From NCBI RefSeq assembly GCF_000737315.1, contig NZ_JMCB01000002.1, forward strand, positions 248,001 through 312,000: DNA of 64,000 nt, given 5' to 3'. Positions 55,520-64,000 of the stretch are shown here, piece by piece. The position numbers and the translations under genes are program-made. Numbering within the stretch: the stretch's first letter is position 1; every line of letters begins with the position of its first letter. Under the pieces are notes generated by a model. That model did not search any database, was not told the origin of the DNA, and worked only from the letters and a program-made list of their open reading frames with translations. Source of the stretch: Hyalangium minutum. Lineage in GTDB: Bacteria > Myxococcota > Myxococcia > Myxococcales > Myxococcaceae.

Positions 55520-56761
55520 TCACGAGAGCAGCGTCACGTGGACAATCTCGGGAGGCGCCGCCACGCGCACGGGGGGACCCCAGAAACCGGTTCCCCGGCT
55601 GACATAGAGGTGGCGCCCATTCTCCTGGAAATGGCCCGCGTCGAACTCCCAGATGGCGGAAATGGCCAGGTTGAAGGGGAAGAACTGCCCCCCATGCGTG
55701 TGTCCGGAGAGCTGAAGGCCGATGCCCGCCTTCGCGGCCTCGCGCCAGTTGGCGGGCTGGTGCGCCAGGAGCACCGAGGGACGCTCTGGGTCTCTCCCCG
55801 CCACGGCCTGAGCCAAATCGTAGCGCTTGTCATAGCCCGAGCGGGCCGCGCCCCAGTCATCCACGCCGACCAGATCAAAGGAGGCACTCGGCTCGCCGAT
55901 GCGCACGTAACGGTTGCGCAACACGCCGATGCCCATGCGCTCCAGCGCGTCGGTCCACTCTTCGTCGCCGGAGTAGTACTCGTGGTTGCCGGTGACGAAG
56001 AAGGTGCCGTGGCGGCTGCGCAGGTTGGCGAGGGCCGCCACCGAGTGGCCCAGCTCGGACACGCTGCCGTCCACCAAGTCTCCAGTGATGACCATCAGGT
56101 CCGGCTTGAGCGCGTTGCACTGCGCGACGACAGCGTCCATGAAGCGGCGCTGGATGACGGGGCCCACGTGGACGTCGCTGAGCTGCACCAACGTGAAGCC
56201 ATCGAGCGCCTTGGGCAGCCCCGGCAGCCGGACCGCGATGCGGTTGACGGCCGGCTGGTGGAAGGCACGCCAGGTGCCGTATCCCACGACGCCGGAGGTA
56301 GCGAGCAGGGCGCCTCCCGCAGTGGCCCGGGCGAGGAACTGGCGCCGCTCCGGAGACACGAGGGTGTGCGCGGGGGCCTCGGCGGGAGCAGGGGAGGGAG
56401 TCGTGGCGGTGGCGGCAGGGGCGGCTGTCGACGAGCGCCAGCGCTGGATCCACGCGTGCACCACCCGCACGCCGCCGAGCACCCAGAAGGCCAGCATCAG
56501 GTAGACGGCGGTGCCCATCCAGGCCCAGCCCACGGTGGCCAGGGCGCTCGCGAGGTCCTCGGGGAGCACGAACGTGAGCATCCGCGAGCCCAGCATGAGC
56601 AAGCACATCGCCGCCATGGCCACCACGCCCGCCTTGCGCCAGCCCGGGTGCCCGGACGTGTCTCGGAAGATGCGCCGGTACAGGTAGACGTGGGCCCCCA
56701 CCGAGAGGGTGCCCATGATGCTGAAGAAGAGGAGGTAACGCAGGATGGCGGCGGCGGGCAT
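55520..56761 (-). CDS. Membrane-anchored metallophosphoesterase (YkuE/YaeI-like)
   Basis: 3 TM; SDVH, ITGDLVD, GNHEYY, LAHQP, SGHTHGGQ, YVSRGTG. Confidence 0.92.
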   Translation of the reverse strand: MPAAAILRYLLFFSIMGTLSVGAHVYLYRRIFRDTSGHPGWRKAGVVAMAAMCLLMLGSRMLTFVLPEDLASALATVGWAWMGTAVYLMLAFWVLGGVRVVHAWIQRWRSSTAAPAATATTPSPAPAEAPAHTLVSPERRQFLARATAGGALLATSGVVGYGTWRAFHQPAVNRIAVRLPGLPKALDGFTLVQLSDVHVGPVIQRRFMDAVVAQCNALKPDLMVITGDLVDGSVSELGHSVAALANLRSRHGTFFVTGNHEYYSGDEEWTDALERMGIGVLRNRYVRIGEPSASFDLVGVDDWGAARSGYDKRYDLAQAVAGRDPERPSVLLAHQPANWREAAKAGIGLQLSGHTHGGQFFPFNLAISAIWEFDAGHFQENGRHLYVSRGTGFWGPPVRVAAPPEIVHVTLLS

Positions 56762-56839
56762 GGGCCCAATACTTACCGCGACTTCGCACACCGCAACCGG
56801 AACTGCATGTGAAGAAGCGTAAAGCGGCGGCGAACCCGC

Positions 56840-60439
<3,600 letters not shown>

Positions 60440-60622
60440 GCGCCGGCCAGACGATGGACGGGGGAGCGGCGCTTGGGAAGAGGGATGGCAAGCGGGGGGC
60501 ATGCGGTGACCTTGCGGGGGGCACCGTAGCGGGGGACGCACTTCGGAGAAAGGTGGGGGCCTCGTCTGGGCTCCAAGAACTTGGAGTCCCCAGTGAAGTC
60601 CGGATGACTCGCTGCTCAGTGG

Positions 60623-60916
60623 TCAACGCGGGGGGACGCCATCTCCCAGGCCTTCGCCGGACAGCCCCTCCAGGGGAGGTGCCGAACGTGGGGCAAGCGG
60701 CTCCAAGGGAGCAGCACCCACCGGCGCCGCCACCAACACCCCCCGCATCCCCGCTCTCGGCGCCTCCACTGCCTCCTTGTGCGCCCCGGCTGCACTGTCA
60801 CGGTGCGGAACATAGACACAGCGCTGAGGCTGCTCCGGGGCGTCTCGGACGCTCGGAGCCGTGCCGCTACACCCCACCAGCACCATGCACAGCAGCACCA
60901 CCCACCCACGCGACAC
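60623..60916 (-). CDS. Short putative lipoprotein (97 aa), possibly a truncated remnant
   Basis: GGAGG RBS, GTG start, WVVLLCMVLVGC lipobox; low-complexity remainder. Confidence 0.5.
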   Translation of the reverse strand: MSRGWVVLLCMVLVGCSGTAPSVRDAPEQPQRCVYVPHRDSAAGAHKEAVEAPRAGMRGVLVAAPVGAAPLEPLAPRSAPPLEGLSGEGLGDGVPPR

Positions 60917-61124
60917 GCAGCACCTCCGGGTTGGCTCCTGCCGGAAAGAGCTTGAGGTTACAGCCAGCCCGTCGACGCAAGCGGCCAGCCCAAGGAATGA
61001 GCCGCTGGCTCCGCCCCTCGTACCAGAACCCACCGCTTCGGGCACTCCGAACAGTCGCCCGGCGTATTCCAGGGGACGCTCCACCGCCGCCTGATCAGCT
61101 CGCGCACCCAGGCCCGTCCCCACG

Positions 61125-61553
61125 TCAGACGAGCGGTGCACTGATCCGCTTGCGGTGTTCGTCGACGGTCACCATGTGCGTCTCAGCCCACTCTCGCAGG
61201 GCATCCAGGGGCGCGATGAGCGTGCGGCCCAGCTCGGTGAGCGAGTAGTGCACCGCTGGGGGGATGGTCGGCTCGACACGTCGTGCAACGAGACCGTCGT
61301 ACTCGAGCTCGCGCAGCGTCTGGGCCAGCATCTTGCGAGAGATGCCAGGTGCGCGGCGCTGCAGCTCGGCGAAGCGCACCTCGCCTCCCGCGTTCGCGAG
61401 CGCGCGGACGAGCATCGACGTCCATTTGTCGCCGATGCGGTCTAGCAGGCGCCGTGTCGGGCATGAGGGGCTGAACAGGTTGCCGCGACGGGCGGGGGCG
61501 TTACCTGGAGGTGCCGTCTTGTGGCGGGGGAGGCGGTTTCTTACGGTGACCAT
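61125..61553 (-). CDS. HxlR-family winged-helix regulator
   Basis: CPTRRLLDRIGDKW, RFAEL, GISRKMLAQTLRELE.DGLV.R, PPAVHYSLTELG. Confidence 0.93.
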   Translation of the reverse strand: MVTVRNRLPRHKTAPPGNAPARRGNLFSPSCPTRRLLDRIGDKWTSMLVRALANAGGEVRFAELQRRAPGISRKMLAQTLRELEYDGLVARRVEPTIPPAVHYSLTELGRTLIAPLDALREWAETHMVTVDEHRKRISAPLV

Positions 61554-61568
61554 GCACCCGATGGTAAC
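61546..61568. promoter_or_regulatory. Imperfect palindrome, candidate HxlR operator
   Basis: GTGACCAT-N7-ATGGTAAC (one mismatch) spanning the very short divergent junction. Confidence 0.5.
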
Positions 61569-61570
61569 CC

Positions 61571-62446
61571 ATGGGAGAGTTCATGAGCGTCTCCGAGCCC
61601 CTGCTCGACATCCGCCGCGTCTCCGCCAACGGCATCTCCGTCAATGTCGCCACTGCCGGCGACGGCCCGGCCGTGGTGCTGCTGCATGGGTGGCCCCATA
61701 CGTGGGAGGTGTGGCGTCCGGTACTGCCAACCCTGGCCTCCACACACCGTGTGATTGCTCCGGACCTGCGCGGCCTGGGTGCCAGTGACAAGCCCGACGA
61801 TGGCTATCATCTGCACACCCTGGCTGACGATGCCGTCGCGCTGCTGGATGTACTCGGAATCGAACGCGCGGCAGTCGTCGGCATTGACCTGGGCGCACCG
61901 GTTGCGTTCATGACCGCAGCCCGCCACCGTGACCGCGTGGAGCGCCTGGTGGTGATGGAGTCGCTGCTGGGCCGCCTGCCCGGCGCCGAGCGCTTCCTCG
62001 CCAATGGACCGCCGTGGTGGTTTGGCTTCCACGCCGTCCCCGGCCTGCCCGAGACCGTCCTGGCTGGGAACGTGGGCGCATACATCGACTGGTTCCTGCG
62101 GGTCGGGACCTACGGCCTCTCCGGTGTGCCGAAGCCGCTGCGCGACGCGTTCGTTGCCGCCTACGAGGACCCACGCACGTTGCACTGCGGCTTCCAGCAC
62201 TACCGTGCGATGCCCATCAACGCGGCGCTCATCGCCGAGGCGGTGGCCGAGGGCCCGCTCCGGATGCCCGTCCTCGCGCTGGGCGGCAACGTCGTCGGGG
62301 ACGCTCTGCACCGCCAGCTCGTCCCGGTCGCACCCGACCTGCGCGGCGCCATCCTGGAGCGCTGCGGCCACATCATCCCCGCCGACGCGCCTGACGCGCT
62401 GCTGGCCGAACTCGGGCCATTCCTGGCGGAGAGCCCTGCCGTCTGA
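61571..62446 (+). CDS. Alpha/beta hydrolase (epoxide hydrolase/dehalogenase-like)
   Basis: LLHGWP, APDLRGLG.S, GIDLG (Asp nucleophile), CGH; start may be 61583. Confidence 0.92.
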   Translation: MGEFMSVSEPLLDIRRVSANGISVNVATAGDGPAVVLLHGWPHTWEVWRPVLPTLASTHRVIAPDLRGLGASDKPDDGYHLHTLADDAVALLDVLGIERAAVVGIDLGAPVAFMTAARHRDRVERLVVMESLLGRLPGAERFLANGPPWWFGFHAVPGLPETVLAGNVGAYIDWFLRVGTYGLSGVPKPLRDAFVAAYEDPRTLHCGFQHYRAMPINAALIAEAVAEGPLRMPVLALGGNVVGDALHRQLVPVAPDLRGAILERCGHIIPADAPDALLAELGPFLAESPAV

Positions 62447-62461
62447 GCGCTTCGGGGCGTG

Positions 62462-62575
62462 CAGCCGTACGAAGCTCCCCTCGGCCAGATACGGCGCCGC
62501 GATCCTCTCGCGCGCCAGCGCCGCGCTGATTCCAAAGGAGGTCGCGTTCAAGGCAGACGGGGTGTCGGCAGTGGA
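62462..62575 (-). pseudogene. Possible remnant of a LysR substrate-binding domain C-terminus
   Basis: Translates ...ALNATSFGISAALARERIAAPYLAEGSFVRL, like the GcvA-type 'AA.aG.GvALar......L..G.LVRL' segment; no full ORF. Confidence 0.35.
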
Positions 62576-62670
62576 GGCTGTCCTTTCCTCACCGGGTGCG
62601 GTGGGTGCTGTTGAAGGATGCCGGGCTCCTCTCCGGCGTTCTCACGGTGGTCCTACGCGCGCGGTACATG

Positions 62671-63843
62671 TCACGTGGGGTGCACGCAGGCACGCCTCAA
62701 GGCGCCGATGAGCGGGCGGAAGCGGCGCAGGAAGTCTCCCGGGCCCGCGTTCCCGTTCGTGACGATGCCCACCGCCAGTCCCGTCGAGTGGTCGCCGAAG
62801 CCCAGCGTGCAGAAGGCGCCGGCGTGGCCGAAGCAAGGGCTCGTGCCCCACGCCCCGTAGAAGGTGGGCCAGGGCGCGCCCACCAGGAACCCACGGCCCG
62901 CGGTGATCGGGAGCCGGTTGCTGCGATCCAGGCCGAAGACGGCTCGAGAGGTATAGGCGCGCACGGTGCTCTCGGCCCACAGCCGCTCTCCGCTCCGGGT
63001 GACGCCTCCCCGGACGAGCACCTCATAGAGCCCGGCGAGGTGGGCCGCATTCGTCCAGAGGCTCGCGCCGGGGACGAGCGCCGTCAGGACCTGCGGGGAG
63101 TTATAGGCCTGCTCGAGCTGGACGCTGACGTCCACCTGCCCCACGTGCATGGGGCGGGAGCCCACCCAGTAGCTGTGGGCCACCTGTGACGCCTCCGCGG
63201 CGCTCCCCTGGAAGCTCAGGCCCTTCAGGCCCGCGGGGGCGAGCAGCTCTCGCTCGCAGAAGGCCGGCAGGGGCTGCCCCGTCACGCGCCGGACGACCTC
63301 GGCGAGGATCCACCCGAACTCGTGGGGGTGATAGGCCAGCGTCCCCCGGCGGTAGCGCGGCACGGCCCGCACCAGGGCGTCCACCACCGCCTCCCAGTCT
63401 CCCCACCGCTCCCAGGAGTGGATGAAGTCGGGCAGGAGTACTCCGCCCCGGTGCGTCAGGACATCCAGCAGCGTGATGGCGCCCTTGCCGTGGGCCGCGA
63501 ACTCCGGGAAGTACCGCGCCACCGGTGCCGCGAGCTCCACCTGTCCCGCCTCCTCCAGCCGCGCGATGGCAAGCGCCACCAGCGGCTTGCTCGCCGAGAA
63601 GACATTGAAGCGCGTCTGGAGCGTCACGGAGACTGGGGGCTCCACCTGCCGGAACCCCCGGGCCAGCCCCACCGCGAGCTGGGCGACGCAGTGGCCTCCC
63701 CGGCGCACGACGAGCTGTCCTCCGGGAAAGACGCCCCGGGCCTGTTGCGAGCGGAAGAGCGCCAGCGCCCGCTCCAGCCGCTCTGCCTCCATGCCCACCG
63801 AGGAGGCAGCCACCAGCGGGTCGTGCGGGAAGACGGTGCTCAT
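62671..63843 (-). CDS. Serine hydrolase (beta-lactamase/EstA-like family)
   Basis: FSASK (SxxK), LTHRGG, YHP, FGHAG. Confidence 0.92.
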   Translation of the reverse strand: MSTVFPHDPLVAASSVGMEAERLERALALFRSQQARGVFPGGQLVVRRGGHCVAQLAVGLARGFRQVEPPVSVTLQTRFNVFSASKPLVALAIARLEEAGQVELAAPVARYFPEFAAHGKGAITLLDVLTHRGGVLLPDFIHSWERWGDWEAVVDALVRAVPRYRRGTLAYHPHEFGWILAEVVRRVTGQPLPAFCERELLAPAGLKGLSFQGSAAEASQVAHSYWVGSRPMHVGQVDVSVQLEQAYNSPQVLTALVPGASLWTNAAHLAGLYEVLVRGGVTRSGERLWAESTVRAYTSRAVFGLDRSNRLPITAGRGFLVGAPWPTFYGAWGTSPCFGHAGAFCTLGFGDHSTGLAVGIVTNGNAGPGDFLRRFRPLIGALRRACVHPT

Positions 63844-64000
63844 GGGGGCCTCTCTTAGCGGAATGTACCTGAGAGCTCACCAGGAACGGGCACCTGGGAG
63901 AGACATCGGGTCGAGCGCTGTTTCCGTAAGACTGCTCAGCACGACACTCCCAGAGTGGGCTTGGCGGAGTTCCGTGGGAGCCCGGACACTTTCATTCCGA

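Noticed and set aside
63844-64000. Non-coding window end
   Set aside because: No ORF, tRNA or repeat recognisable in the available bases.

Overview
High-GC, gene-dense bacterial DNA, almost certainly a myxobacterium (Cystobacterineae-like). The evidence is a PilA-like pilin domain, TIGR02269/double-CXXCG and AHH/Imm11-type toxin-immunity pairs, a TonB-fused TonB-dependent receptor, and several Ser/Thr kinases with PEGA/TPR/FHA partners. About 55 CDS are supportable. I saw no rRNA, tRNA, CRISPR array, transposase or integrase. Most genes are ordinary enzymes, transporters and regulators. Four things stand out. (1) A four-gene co-oriented cluster at 7.7-16.0 kb: a lipoprotein fused to a C-terminal PilA-like pilin, an alpha-2-macroglobulin-like protein split into two separately anchored chains at the bait region and lacking the thioester, and a secreted beta-rich protein. 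(2) A LysR-centred divergon at 1-4.7 kb with a lipoprotein resembling the animal Wnt inhibitor APCDD1 domain and a lipoprotein with a JAB/MPN-like metal motif. (3) Two Sit-type kin-discrimination toxin/immunity cassettes. (4) Several degenerate or re-localised proteins: a pseudo-cyclase, an HTH-only LysR and a signal-peptide-bearing SAM hydrolase. All family assignments come from motif recognition by eye, not database searches. Start codons were chosen by RBS or signal-peptide plausibility.
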